DNA of 64,000 nt from Candidatus Atabeyarchaeum deiterrae (GTDB lineage: Archaea > Asgardarchaeota > Atabeyarchaeia > Atabeyarchaeales > Atabeyarchaeaceae), in NCBI GenBank assembly GCA_037310415.1, contig CP147780.1:2368001-2432000 (forward strand). Reading direction: 5' to 3'. The notes under the pieces were generated by a model. That model worked only from the letters and a program-made list of their open reading frames with translations, was not told where the DNA came from and did not search any database. Position 1 is the first letter of the stretch; each line of letters starts with the position of its first letter. Positions 1 to 9,913 of this stretch are shown piece by piece. The translations under genes were made by a program, and so were the position numbers.

Positions 1-903
1 TGGCGTTATCGTGAACTCCACGATCTTTTCCCCACGTAGCACTGCAATCTTGGTTTTCTTTCCCACTACTTCCTCGCTGAGCAGATTCGGCAACTCAGAT
101 ACGTCTCTGATTGGTTTGTCATTGAATCGAACTATGATATCGCCGAAAGCGATGCCTGCTTTCTTGGCAGGACTGTCATGCTCAACCTTCAACACCATTA
201 CCGCTGTTTCCTGATCTAGCTTTGTTTCTTCGGCAACTTCCTCTGGTATCGGAATTGTGTTCATGAATATGCCTAGATATGCTCTCTTGACTTCTCCGCC
301 TTTCATCAGTCTTTCAACAATGGCTTTCACTGTGCTGATTGGGATTGCGATCCCTCTGGACCATGCGTAGGCCGTGTTCATTCCTATCATTCTGCCCGAG
401 GCATCGATAAGCGGACCTCCTGAGTAACCAGGGTTTAGTCTAGCGTCAGTTATGATTACGTTCTCCATATTCATTCCTCGCATTCCTCTTAGCGTAGTCC
501 TAGTGTTTGTGACTATGCCTGAGGTTGCCGCAGGCTTCCTGTTGAAAGGATTCGCAAGTGCGAGAACGAATTCTCCTACGTTTATTCTCTCAGAGTCTCC
601 AGTCTCAATAGCTTTGAATGATTCGCCTTCGATCTTCAAGAGTGCTATGTCAGAGTAGGGGTCACGACCGACTACTTTCGCATCTACCATGTTGCCGTCT
701 CCGAGACCAACTTTTGTGTTGCGGGATTTGTGCACAACATGGCTAGCTGTAACGATATACCCATCAGCGCTCCATAGTACGCCAGTTCCTCCACCCATGC
801 CAGAGTGAACACTGACCACTGATGGTGATGCTCTGCTAACCACATCCACCGTCGCATCAGATATTGACCTTAGAATCTCTAACGATGAAACCTCACTGTT
901 CAT
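1..903 (-). CDS. HtrA/DegP-family (S1C) serine protease with PDZ domain, 3' end runs off the window
   Basis: Not in the ORF track. Manual translation from ATG at 903 (SD GGAGGTG upstream) gives GGTGVLWSADGYIVTASHVV (His), GRDPYSDIALLKI (Asp) and LNPGYSGGPLID (Ser), then a PDZ-like region. Confidence 0.9.
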   Translation of the reverse strand, partial: MNSEVSSLEILRSISDATVDVVSRASPSVVSVHSGMGGGTGVLWSADGYIVTASHVVHKSRNTKVGLGDGNMVDAKVVGRDPYSDIALLKIEGESFKAIETGDSERINVGEFVLALANPFNRKPAATSGIVTNTRTTLRGMRGMNMENVIITDARLNPGYSGGPLIDASGRMIGMNTAYAWSRGIAIPISTVKAIVERLMKGGEVKRAYLGIFMNTIPIPEEVAEETKLDQETAVMVLKVEHDSPAKKAGIAFGDIIVRFNDKPIRDVSELPNLLSEEVVGKKTKIAVLRGEKIVEFTITP

Positions 904-969
904 ATTCTTCACCTCCCATGCATAGATCGTGTCGGCGCTATTTGTTGACTAGGAAAAGGAGAAAGTCAG

Positions 970-1599
970 TCACATCCACATCATCGTCGAGTTTGCGCCG
1001 AAGTAGGTGAAGAAAGCAACGTGCTGAACCCTTCCAGACCTTGAGTACATCTTGGAGATGTATCCCATGAGTTGGTAAGACGCCAAAAGGGCATCGTTCA
1101 TATTATTGCCAGATAGCATCTTTGCTTCGATGCTGAGCGCACCGTCGGAAAAGTCAGCGTCTAACTGGATTCCGCCGTCCTCAGTAATCCACTTTAGTGT
1201 GATGCTCTCACCATTCTCTGCAAAGCCAAACCAACGAAGTGTCCCAAACCATTTTCCAGCAAGATCCTTGATAACCTGCTTTACTGGAACATCAGGCGGG
1301 AGTAGTGTTTGAAGCAAAGGCAGATTCTCCTGTTTTTTGCCCAATGGTTGTAGTCTGGGGGATTTTGCTGCCTTTGAGGTTACCCTGTAACCGTCAACTT
1401 GCTTTTCCAGCATCCCTTGTTCTTCTAGTCTGCTCAAAGCCCTGGAGAGTGTCTCAGGATGCACTCCTAGTCTCCGCTTCAAGCCGTCAAAGGTAAATCG
1501 CGTTAGGGACTCATCACTAATCAAGTCAAGGACATTTGTGTCCCATTCGCTAAGCGATAAGTCGGGAATGTAAGGCATCTCATTATTCACTATTGTCAT
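970..1599 (-). CDS. Winged-helix DNA-binding protein (putative regulator), probably co-transcribed with the protease
   Basis: FTFDGLKRRLGVHPETLSRALSRLEEQGMLEK...GYRVT is an HTH plus wing; same strand, 66 nt upstream of the protease gene. Confidence 0.7.
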   Translation of the reverse strand: MTIVNNEMPYIPDLSLSEWDTNVLDLISDESLTRFTFDGLKRRLGVHPETLSRALSRLEEQGMLEKQVDGYRVTSKAAKSPRLQPLGKKQENLPLLQTLLPPDVPVKQVIKDLAGKWFGTLRWFGFAENGESITLKWITEDGGIQLDADFSDGALSIEAKMLSGNNMNDALLASYQLMGYISKMYSRSGRVQHVAFFTYFGANSTMMWM

Positions 1600-1894
1600 C
1601 TCTTCTTATAGATCTTAAATCATTTTCCTTCTCCGAATCTAATTCTGTACATACACACCCTTTCAATTAACGCCATGTGTGTTGCGATTCAAACTCTCAA
1701 TGGTCTACTATTTGGCGTGTCTTCGTACAAACCCTTGAGGAATGTGTTTCATGGCGTGAAAAACAAGCACTGATCTAAGATTCTATCAACACCAACTTCA
1801 AGGCTACCAGAAAAATGTTCCAACAAGACTTTCGAGACTATCTTTAAATGCTTCTGAGGTTTGATGTGGTCAAGAAGCTATCCGAGATGATAAA

Positions 1895-2353
1895 ATGTCA
1901 GAACAGAAGAAATTCTCAGAGGAAGACCACAAGAAGTTTGCAAAAGCCCTGTTTAATCTCACTTGGGATCTTCTAGACAAGAAGGATAGAACTAAAGAAG
2001 ACAACGACAAGATGATTCATGCTGCTCATGCCTCTCGTTTTCACTGGGGAGAGATAGGGGAACCACTGCAATTTGAAAGAGGAGAATGGCAGATTTCCCG
2101 TGTATATTCAGTCCTGAAGAGAAGTGAACCAGCGCTGTATCATGCTCAGAGGTGCATGGAGATCTGCAAAGAGAACAACATCGGAGACTTTGACATCGCC
2201 TTCGCCTATGAAGCCATGGCCAAGGGAAACGCCGTGGCGCAAAAGAAAGCTGAATGCAAGAAGTACCTTGACCTAGCAAAGAAGGCTGGCGAGCAGATCA
2301 AGAAGAAAGAGGATAGAGATTATTTCATGGGCGAACTTCAAACGATCACGTGA
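1895..2353 (+). CDS. Conserved hypothetical all-alpha (TPR-like) protein
   Basis: 152-aa ORF with ATG start; HAAHASRFHW...GEWQISRVY and AFAYEAMAK helical repeat pattern. Confidence 0.7.
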   Translation: MSEQKKFSEEDHKKFAKALFNLTWDLLDKKDRTKEDNDKMIHAAHASRFHWGEIGEPLQFERGEWQISRVYSVLKRSEPALYHAQRCMEICKENNIGDFDIAFAYEAMAKGNAVAQKKAECKKYLDLAKKAGEQIKKKEDRDYFMGELQTIT

Positions 2354-2397
2354 TGAGACAAGAAGACCCGACGGTGCCGACGTTTCCTACCATATTC

Positions 2398-3363
2398 TTA
2401 TCCTCTGAATATCTTGTACATAGGGTGCTCTCTGGTCAATGGGTCGATCTTGTATTCTTGCCTCATGGCGTGTGCAACATACGCATCCGCTAGCCCGCAG
2501 TAGAAGTATGCTTCATGTGCACTTTCTATAGGTCCGTAGAGTGAGAAGCTTGCTCCCATAATTATCGGGAGAATGTTTGCCACTGTACTCGCCATTAAGT
2601 GCTGTTCTGGTTCAAGTTTGCGTCTTTTTCTCCACATGTTGACGGCGTTGTGCGTTCCAGCTCCTGCGGGCAGGCCATATTTCTCCTTTACTAAGTATGC
2701 AGCTTTGCTAACCGGGCCAGGATCAGGTATGTCGATATTCGCTGTATCCACGAGTATGTTCTCGATGCCTGCTCTGCGGGCGATCGGAAGTAATTCATCC
2801 AGGGCTTGAATCCTTCCTAGTACTGTGGGGTTTTTCGTGTTAAGCGCCAAGAGAATTGAGGATTTCACTCCCGCTTCTTTGAGCGCAGTAATCTCCTCCT
2901 GGGTGGCCCTTGGAGCTATCGAGTTATATACAGCTCGATTCGATAGGCCAACTTCTTTAACATAATTCAGCCCGGCGATCCTTACTTGATCATTGATTCC
3001 GTCCAGAGTGAATGGTCCTTCAATGGTGCTCGCTACGAAGTCTATAAGTCTTGGAAATGCCTGGGGAGCTGAGGCACACACGTCCACTATCCGGGGGTTA
3101 CCTGTCCTCCGCGACAGGTCTTCTTCATTTCTAAGCAGCGTCTCGGCCGCTTCTCTGTCGAATTCGCCAGTTTTATCATCTTTCAATAGTTTCTGCTTGA
3201 AATAGAAAATGCTTCCTATCATAACAGTAGGGTTCTGGCCCGGCTGACCGCCGACTTTCACGCCAGATATGTCAAAGATGCTCTGTTCTTTACTGAACTT
3301 GAACACAGCTGCAACCTCCATACTTTTCGTTAGAACCATCCTCTCTTCGGCAGATGGCATCAT
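2398..3363 (-). CDS. mtrH: Tetrahydromethanopterin S-methyltransferase subunit H family (MtrH/MtxH-like pterin-binding methyltransferase)
   Basis: N-terminal FKFSKEQSIFDISGVKVGGQPGQNPTVMIGSIFY, YNSI, LVDTA, GLPAGAGTHNA and LYGPIE motifs are typical of MtrH. Confidence 0.85.
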   Translation of the reverse strand: MMPSAEERMVLTKSMEVAAVFKFSKEQSIFDISGVKVGGQPGQNPTVMIGSIFYFKQKLLKDDKTGEFDREAAETLLRNEEDLSRRTGNPRIVDVCASAPQAFPRLIDFVASTIEGPFTLDGINDQVRIAGLNYVKEVGLSNRAVYNSIAPRATQEEITALKEAGVKSSILLALNTKNPTVLGRIQALDELLPIARRAGIENILVDTANIDIPDPGPVSKAAYLVKEKYGLPAGAGTHNAVNMWRKRRKLEPEQHLMASTVANILPIIMGASFSLYGPIESAHEAYFYCGLADAYVAHAMRQEYKIDPLTREHPMYKIFRG

Positions 3364-3500
3364 TTTACTAGCGCGCGTTGTGAAATCTTTTTCATTAGAT
3401 TAACTTGGTTTGTCATTTGTCCAAAATGCTATATAATAGGTTAATAATGGTCAGCATACTATATAGGAGTCGCCTGAAGCGTCGTGGGTGTGTACCTAGC

Positions 3501-4520
3501 ATGAGGTTTGACCTTATTGGGATCGGAGTACTGTTTGAGGACTTGCTCTTTGATACGAGGTCTAAACGTCGTCTCACGCAAGAGTTTGAGCACGACCAGC
3601 TTAACTTTGTATGTATTGAAGCTGGTGCCAAGACAGGTGTCATGCGTTTCACGAGAGCAACAGGAGGTTCCTCGGCAAATCTCATCTGCAGTGCCTCTAG
3701 GCTCGGCAATTACAACTTAGGATATTTCACCAAACTGAGTGATGATCCAGTCTCCAAGTGGCTTATTGAGGATCTTCAAACCTTTGGAATCGACACTAGC
3801 GGAATAATAACCAAAAAGGATTTCATCGGCCCAGGTGCCAGCGCCATAATAACCGATCCAAGCACGAAGGACAGAAGTATCCTGATGTACCGCGGGATAG
3901 GTGATGAAATATACCCTGACGACGTTAGAGCAAAAGAGGACTACCTGGCTAACGCAGAATGGCATACTATAAGCAGCTTCTCCAACACGGACGCAATCAA
4001 AGCATTGAAAGACATAATCGAAATCGAGAGGAAAAACGGAATAGAACTATTCTTCGCGCCAAGCATGTCAATGATAAGCCCGTTGCTTGATGAAACGATA
4101 GAGATCGCGAGGGAAGCTTCCCTAATTACATTGAATGACACTGAAGCAAGAGTGCTAACTGGCAACAAAGACCTTCGCAAAGCCGCAGAGAAACTTCAAG
4201 ATCTGGGACCTGACTTCGTTCTCATCACCCGTGGAAGGGAAGGCATTCTTGCAGCGGACAAGAAGAAGGTCTATGCCGCGAACCAAACGTACAACGTTGA
4301 AGTAAGAAACACCGTAGGAGCGGGAGACGTATCAGGAGCAACTCTGTGGCATTATCTTCAGGAGGGACTTGAGAAACCAAGGATCATGCAGAAAGTACTC
4401 GCGGCGGGCGCGATGAAGGTACAGTTTACAGGAGCGAAAATAGGTCTACCGACTGAGAATGAAATAGATGAGTTCATCAAGGAAAGAGGGGAAATCCAAG
4501 TTCAGGTCTCAGAGAGATGA
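3501..4520 (+). CDS. PfkB/ribokinase-family carbohydrate kinase
   Basis: GGSSAN, LNDTEA, ITRGREG and NTVGAGD signatures; ATG 3501 preferred over the upstream TTG 3405. Confidence 0.9.
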   Translation: MRFDLIGIGVLFEDLLFDTRSKRRLTQEFEHDQLNFVCIEAGAKTGVMRFTRATGGSSANLICSASRLGNYNLGYFTKLSDDPVSKWLIEDLQTFGIDTSGIITKKDFIGPGASAIITDPSTKDRSILMYRGIGDEIYPDDVRAKEDYLANAEWHTISSFSNTDAIKALKDIIEIERKNGIELFFAPSMSMISPLLDETIEIAREASLITLNDTEARVLTGNKDLRKAAEKLQDLGPDFVLITRGREGILAADKKKVYAANQTYNVEVRNTVGAGDVSGATLWHYLQEGLEKPRIMQKVLAAGAMKVQFTGAKIGLPTENEIDEFIKERGEIQVQVSER

Positions 4521-4527
4521 AGATTTC

Positions 4528-5304
4528 TCACTTTAGTGTCAAAGCATCAGCCAAACCCTTGTTTTCAATTACAATTGACCTCAGCTTCTCAGCCATCTTC
4601 AACGGCTCCTTGCTTTGCCAAACGTTTCTTCCGACTGCAATACCTGTCGCGCCAGCATCCATAACTTCCCGTACTTGTATCAAGAACTCTCTTTCAGTAT
4701 CAGCCTTTGGTCCCCCAGACATGAATACTCTAACTTTTCCAGCGCATTTCACAGCCCACCTGAAAGACTCAACGTCACCAGTGAATTTGATCTTCACTGC
4801 GTCGGCACCAACCTCGAGTCCAGCTCTTGCAGCATAGGCAATTATCTCCGGCGCAGTATCAACCTTGATCTTTGCGCCCCGAGGATACATCCAAGCCATA
4901 ACGGGCAGACCCGCTCTGTGTGACTCCTCGACGATCTTCCCGAGTTCTTGTAGCATTATGCTCTCATGAGCGCTACCAAGGTAGACCGTATAACCCACAG
5001 CCCTAGCCCCAAGTGAGATAGCCTCTTGAACCGAGCAGATCTGGCGTGATACGGGCTCGCCTTCCACGAGTTCAGTCTTGCCATTTAGTTTTACTATAAG
5101 AGGCACAGTGCCATCATAATATGCTTCAGCCACTCCTTTCTGGAAGACGATTCCATTAAAACCGCCTTTTGAAGCCAAATCCATGATAATCGATGGATCA
5201 ACTGATCTCTCGTCCAAGTCCCTTGGACCATGCTCCAAACCGTGATCATAAGCAAGTACCATACTTCGATCATTCGTCAAAAAACGCTTAAGCGGAACCT
5301 TCAT
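4528..5304 (-). CDS. Archaeal-type class I fructose-bisphosphate aldolase (DhnA family)
   Basis: LAYDHGLEHGP, WMYPRG, GADAVKIKFTG (Schiff-base Lys), MSGG and GIAVGRNVWQ motifs. Confidence 0.9.
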   Translation of the reverse strand: MKVPLKRFLTNDRSMVLAYDHGLEHGPRDLDERSVDPSIIMDLASKGGFNGIVFQKGVAEAYYDGTVPLIVKLNGKTELVEGEPVSRQICSVQEAISLGARAVGYTVYLGSAHESIMLQELGKIVEESHRAGLPVMAWMYPRGAKIKVDTAPEIIAYAARAGLEVGADAVKIKFTGDVESFRWAVKCAGKVRVFMSGGPKADTEREFLIQVREVMDAGATGIAVGRNVWQSKEPLKMAEKLRSIVIENKGLADALTLK

Positions 5305-5597
5305 TGATAAGCGACCTCCTCTTTGGAATGGAATAGTTAACGCTTCAAACTTACAACGAATATTCTAATTAATGTTTACTTTTAGTAATCGTCGTCCAGT
5401 TAATGATAGGTCCTTTTTCAGGGAAAGCTGATCGATTTGTTCAAACTTCTTGTCCTCTTTTTGAAGTTGCAGGCGTATCCCCAGGGATAAGGTCTCTTCA
5501 ACGTTACAGAGAACACCTAGATAGAAAAGACTGCATTACGCTCCAAAAAAAAGAAGGGCTGGCGCGCGGCGCCATCTATATAGGAAACTCTATCCTC

Positions 5598-6284
5598 CTA
5601 CCTTCTTCGACTACTCTTCCCTCGCCTGATCAAAAGAACCAGACCAACTACCAATGCTATTATTGACACGCCCTCGATCAACGCGACAATTGTGAAGTCA
5701 AACGGAGCACTAGCGAAAGCCGTAGTTGATGTCAATGTCTCATTAACCCATCCAGTTGGTAAGGCGAAGTCACCTTTTACCACGAGGCCAGTCGCCTTAT
5801 CGAAATACATGTCAAAGTATGTTACCACGAGACCACCTCCAGTCGCATGGAGTACAGGTCTTGCCACACCAGCAACAATCATTGTTAGACTATCTGTTAC
5901 GTAGACGCCAAAAGCGGTGTCAGGGAGAACATTGTCGCCATTTGCGAAGTCTTTGCCCACAGCCCAGTAGAAGACTGCGAGATTGTAGCTTGCGCCACCG
6001 TAGCTGTCGACGCTCCAGTTAGCGTAATTACTCGAGTCAATTGCACCATTAGACTTAATGTTCGTTGCAACTAGGGCCACGTAAGATCCATATATGCCCC
6101 ATATCTGAACGTGGGTTTTGCTGTAGGTTAGAGGTGGGTTTCCAACGACACTATAGTCAGCTGTGACTCCGGTGCTCAGCCCTGATACGTAAGGCGGGGC
6201 CGCGGCCGCAGGCGAAGCTATTGTGACTGTAAGGATTACAAGCATTGATAGCATTGCAAGGGAAATTGCCATTCTTCTTCTCAT
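5598..6284 (-). CDS. Secreted/surface protein with signal peptide and C-terminal TM anchor
   Basis: N-terminal MRRRMAISLAMLSMLVILTVTIASPAAA signal, beta-rich body with YFDKATGLVV, C-terminal TM followed by RRGKSSRRR; paralogue of 19846-20565. Confidence 0.8.
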   Translation of the reverse strand: MRRRMAISLAMLSMLVILTVTIASPAAAAPPYVSGLSTGVTADYSVVGNPPLTYSKTHVQIWGIYGSYVALVATNIKSNGAIDSSNYANWSVDSYGGASYNLAVFYWAVGKDFANGDNVLPDTAFGVYVTDSLTMIVAGVARPVLHATGGGLVVTYFDMYFDKATGLVVKGDFALPTGWVNETLTSTTAFASAPFDFTIVALIEGVSIIALVVGLVLLIRRGKSSRRR

Positions 6285-6616
6285 TCGGTTTACGCTCCTT
6301 TCTTATCTACTCATTCATACGTTAGGAATCATGCATGAGTGAGATAGGTATTTTACCCTCTGCTTGAGCCAAAAAGTGCGACATTTGATGAATAACCCGA
6401 AGAAAAGCGTCAACTCGCCAAGTGCCATAATGCATCGCGTATTCGAGAGGTATCCTGACCATCCAGATCGATTGCTTCGTCAAGCACAGAGAACCGATCC
6501 GCATGACGACAAAATCACAAGCAAGACAAAGGATAAGCGACTTCAAGGGATCCAGGCAGTTTGCCTTTCAGTTCCCTTTCGCGGAGTAGTTGAAGCTCGA
6601 CCAGGGCTTCGCATGG

Positions 6617-7519
6617 CTAATGTGTTCTTCTAAGCTCGTAGTTTGGAATCGCGTGCAGCGCTAACTCGATGATCAGCAAAACTATCGCTACCGGGATCAT
6701 TGCTGGGATCGCTATGTATATGTTGGCAATAAACAAGGTTATTAGAAACACTACGTGGAAGGTTAGCTGAATGATTGGCATTGGTAGTTCAACTCGGCTG
6801 CGTATTTTGAGCCCGCGGCGAATAGTGGAAGCAAGGACCATCAATGCAAAGACCGCTATCTGAATTGCAACTATAATCAGCCGTTGCACCTCGGTTGCGA
6901 ATAGCGTGGTAGCTATTATGAGGTAGACAATTAGGAAACCGTAGAGAGCAGAGTAGCATATTGGCGGTGCAATTAGCTGCAGCACCAGAAACCGTTTGTC
7001 CTTCTTCCTTTCAACGAGATGTCTTATCAGCCTTGTGTAGCTTGAGTAAATAGCTACGACAAACATCCAACCAAAGAAATTTCCTGCAGGGACGCCGAAC
7101 CATCCGTCTGTCAGTGCAATGGGCCAGCGCCAGAATCCGAGGCGGATTGCAACTGCGTCCATTGAAAGATCGATTAGAATAGCTTGGATGGCGTCGAAGA
7201 ATGGTTTCACTCTTTCGTCGAGACCATACGCATCTGAGATTGACATGGCGGAGTAGATTATCACGGCCCAGCCCAGACCTATTGCTAGCGGGGCTTGATC
7301 GAGAATTATCAGGAAATCTCTGCCGTAGACGTAGTAGCCTCCACTCAGAAGAACATTCAGTTCCTCAAGGAGAACGCCAAAGACGGCAGCCATTATGAGT
7401 TCAAGGAATCTCTGTTTGCTGTGTTTCACTTTGAGAGCGTGCCATGAACAGATGACGAACAGGGATATGCTCATGATTTCCATTCCGATGAAACTGAGTT
7501 GCATGCACACACACCCCAA
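6617..7519 (-). CDS. Multi-pass membrane protein, CruF/DUF422 (carotenoid hydratase-like) family
   Basis: GVLLEEL, PLAIGLGW, IDLSMDAVAIRLGFWRW and WFGVPAGNFFGW motifs; many TM segments. Confidence 0.7.
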   Translation of the reverse strand: MGCVCMQLSFIGMEIMSISLFVICSWHALKVKHSKQRFLELIMAAVFGVLLEELNVLLSGGYYVYGRDFLIILDQAPLAIGLGWAVIIYSAMSISDAYGLDERVKPFFDAIQAILIDLSMDAVAIRLGFWRWPIALTDGWFGVPAGNFFGWMFVVAIYSSYTRLIRHLVERKKDKRFLVLQLIAPPICYSALYGFLIVYLIIATTLFATEVQRLIIVAIQIAVFALMVLASTIRRGLKIRSRVELPMPIIQLTFHVVFLITLFIANIYIAIPAMIPVAIVLLIIELALHAIPNYELRRTH

Positions 7520-7931
7520 CGCAGTGCAATACTCTCAGCTTTCGAGAATTTAAGTCTTCTCGAATAATCACTTCAATCAGCATGTCTTGGGACGAGTCGA
7601 TCCGGGAAAAGGGAAGAAGAGTTAATAACCAGACTCAACGAATAAGTAGATGCATGAAATCACAAGCGTCCCTGAAGTGTTAGATCGAACCATTTAGGAA
7701 ATAAGGAACACACCACATGATGACTAATCAAGCAGATTGTTAAAGGCATAATTAGAACCTGAAAATGAGAAGTCTCCCAGAAAAAGGGAGTTCTGCAAAT
7801 ATAATTAGATAACGTTCAACATGTCGACACTGTTGGGGGGACAAGGGCTACAACCCATCTTAAGTTCAGTCCTTTGCACTAGATCTGAAGGTCGCGGAAG
7901 TTCGAAGGGGGCTTGTGCAGGTAGCTGGGAG

Positions 7932-8471
7932 ATGAACCGTACGTCAGATGAGAGAGTTTGCGTTTTCATCGATGGGCAAAACCTGTATCACTCGCAGAAG
8001 CAGGAAGGCGTGGGCATAGACTATCTCAAGCTAAAGGATTTCTTAGCCGATGGCAGAAGACTTGTCAGACCGTACTACTACAGTTCAAGCATAAACGATC
8101 AGAAGCAGGAAAGGTTCTTCGACATGTTGCGCACTGCTGGTTACGAGGTGAAAGTTCTTCCTCTTATGCAGTACGAGGACAAGAAGTATGAGAAGGGCAT
8201 AGACGTTATGCTCGTCACAGACATGTTAGTCTTTGCTCACAGGGAATTCTATGACGTGGCTGTATTGGTCGCCGGAGATAGAGACTATTTGTATGCTATT
8301 AAAGCATTGAAAGAGATGGGGAAACGGGTAGAAGTAGCTTCGTTCGATCGTTCATGTTCAAGAGAACTCAGGCTATCTGCGGACAGAACTATCTCACTTA
8401 GCCAAATGGCTGAGAAGATTAAGAGGGTCAAAACAGAAGAACCTTACGACTTTGCTGACACCCCTGAATAG
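7932..8471 (+). CDS. NYN-domain (LabA/DUF88, PIN-like) putative ribonuclease
   Basis: FIDGQNLY, EKGIDVMLVTDM, LVAGDRDY, GKRVEV and SRELRLSAD motifs; ATG 7932 preferred over the ORF-track start at 7821. Confidence 0.9.
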   Translation: MNRTSDERVCVFIDGQNLYHSQKQEGVGIDYLKLKDFLADGRRLVRPYYYSSSINDQKQERFFDMLRTAGYEVKVLPLMQYEDKKYEKGIDVMLVTDMLVFAHREFYDVAVLVAGDRDYLYAIKALKEMGKRVEVASFDRSCSRELRLSADRTISLSQMAEKIKRVKTEEPYDFADTPE

Positions 8472-8675
8472 GGGGCCAGAGTCGGCAGTATTGATTTCTG
8501 GCGCTTCTAGAATTCCGGTCTCAAGTGAGCCGTAAACTGTGAGGATCTGGGTCACTTTGACTTGTTGGACGAAGTTATCTGTAGAGGACGCGTAATTTAT
8601 GTCATAGCGGGCGCTTATTTGGTGCTGGCGTGTTGAGCTCCACTGCAGCAGGAGGATTGTAGGAGGACACTAAAC

Positions 8676-9185
8676 GTGAATTCCCACTTCGCAGAAATCT
8701 CGCCGAAGTTGCTGGCACGGATACAAAGGTCCTTTGAAACGTTGAGCAAGAACTTTGCGGAAGCGTTGGCTAGACTGGATGCTGCCACTACTAGGATCTC
8801 TGCGCTTGGCGAGATCCATTTTGGACTGGCCAAGACCCTAATGAATGCCTTTGGCTTTCCTGAAGAAGGATTGTATTCGTTGACTGGCTATCCGAGACAC
8901 ATCGAAGCGATATCGTCAGCGGAGAGAACAGTAGTTAATGTAAGTGGGTTATTTCGTCCGATGATAATGAGTCTTAGAAAGCCTCGTGGAGAAATAGCTG
9001 AGGCAATTCGCGCTACAAAAGACAAAGCTGTTGAAGTCTCGAATAACCTCGACACCAAAGAGATGGAAGCAGTTGCTAGAGAACTCAATAAGAGTCCAAA
9101 CAGACTCCTTGACCTAGACGAACAAGTGGCCTATAGGAACAAGATGAACGAATGGTCTCAGCAACTCAAGGATGCAATTAGATAA
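8676..9185 (+). CDS. Hypothetical coiled-coil + C-terminal helical domain protein (family copy 1)
   Basis: GTG start after SD GGAGGA; colinear similarity to 9303-9818 (RISALGEIH vs RISSLGEIH, VSGLFRP vs VSGLLRP). Confidence 0.8.
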   Translation: MNSHFAEISPKLLARIQRSFETLSKNFAEALARLDAATTRISALGEIHFGLAKTLMNAFGFPEEGLYSLTGYPRHIEAISSAERTVVNVSGLFRPMIMSLRKPRGEIAEAIRATKDKAVEVSNNLDTKEMEAVARELNKSPNRLLDLDEQVAYRNKMNEWSQQLKDAIR

Positions 9186-9302
9186 CCCTGACCGCATGTA
9201 GGAGGATCAAGCCAAGTACACCATTGCCAGACTCTCGCCTTCCCAGGCCTTACCGCAAAGCTAAAACACCTGTTTTACTAAAGAGGAAAAAGGAGAGTAA
9301 CG

Positions 9303-9818
9303 ATGGAAGGAAGTTCAGCAGACGAGACCCTCAAAACTTTGACTTCTATTAAGGAGTCGTTGCGAAGGCTAAATAGCAACCTCTCAGAGTCGCTGCAGAA
9401 GCTACAGGAGGCCATCGTGCGGATCTCTTCTTTGGGTGAAATTCACATCAAGTTGGCTGTATCAATAATGGATATCTTGGGAATCCCACAAGAAGAGAGG
9501 CCATCCCTTGATTTTCCTGCTGCTCCGATTGAAGCAGTGGAATCGCAGGAGCGAGCGGAGGCGAAAGTCAGCGGATTGCTTCGCCCCATAGTCAAGAGTT
9601 TACTCAAGCCTTGTGGAGAGATCGCCAAAGCCATTATTGCATCTAAGGAGGAAATCAACAGATCAATTGGTAACTTCGATACGTATGAGTTGGAGATTCT
9701 GGCAAGAGAACTGAGCAAGGAACCTGAGAGGGAACTTGACTCCGATGAACGCATCGCGTACAGGGAGAAGATTAGGGTCTGGCATCGCGGGTTGAGAGTG
9801 GCGTTCGAGAAACCATAA
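9303..9818 (+). CDS. Hypothetical coiled-coil + C-terminal helical domain protein (family copy 2)
   Basis: Tandem paralogue of 8676-9185; ATG start with SD-like GGAGAG. Confidence 0.8.
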   Translation: MEGSSADETLKTLTSIKESLRRLNSNLSESLQKLQEAIVRISSLGEIHIKLAVSIMDILGIPQEERPSLDFPAAPIEAVESQERAEAKVSGLLRPIVKSLLKPCGEIAKAIIASKEEINRSIGNFDTYELEILARELSKEPERELDSDERIAYREKIRVWHRGLRVAFEKP

Positions 9819-9913
9819 ATGAAAACCTTTACCCATAAGCACGGCGAATCATATTGAGTTGGAATCGAGAGTTCATTGACCCAGAGTATAATGCTGGGCC
9901 GGGTCTTATCTTG

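Noticed and set aside
6322-6633. Short ORFs 6364-6633 (+) and 6322-6546 (-)
   Set aside because: No SD, no motifs and atypical composition; probably intergenic.
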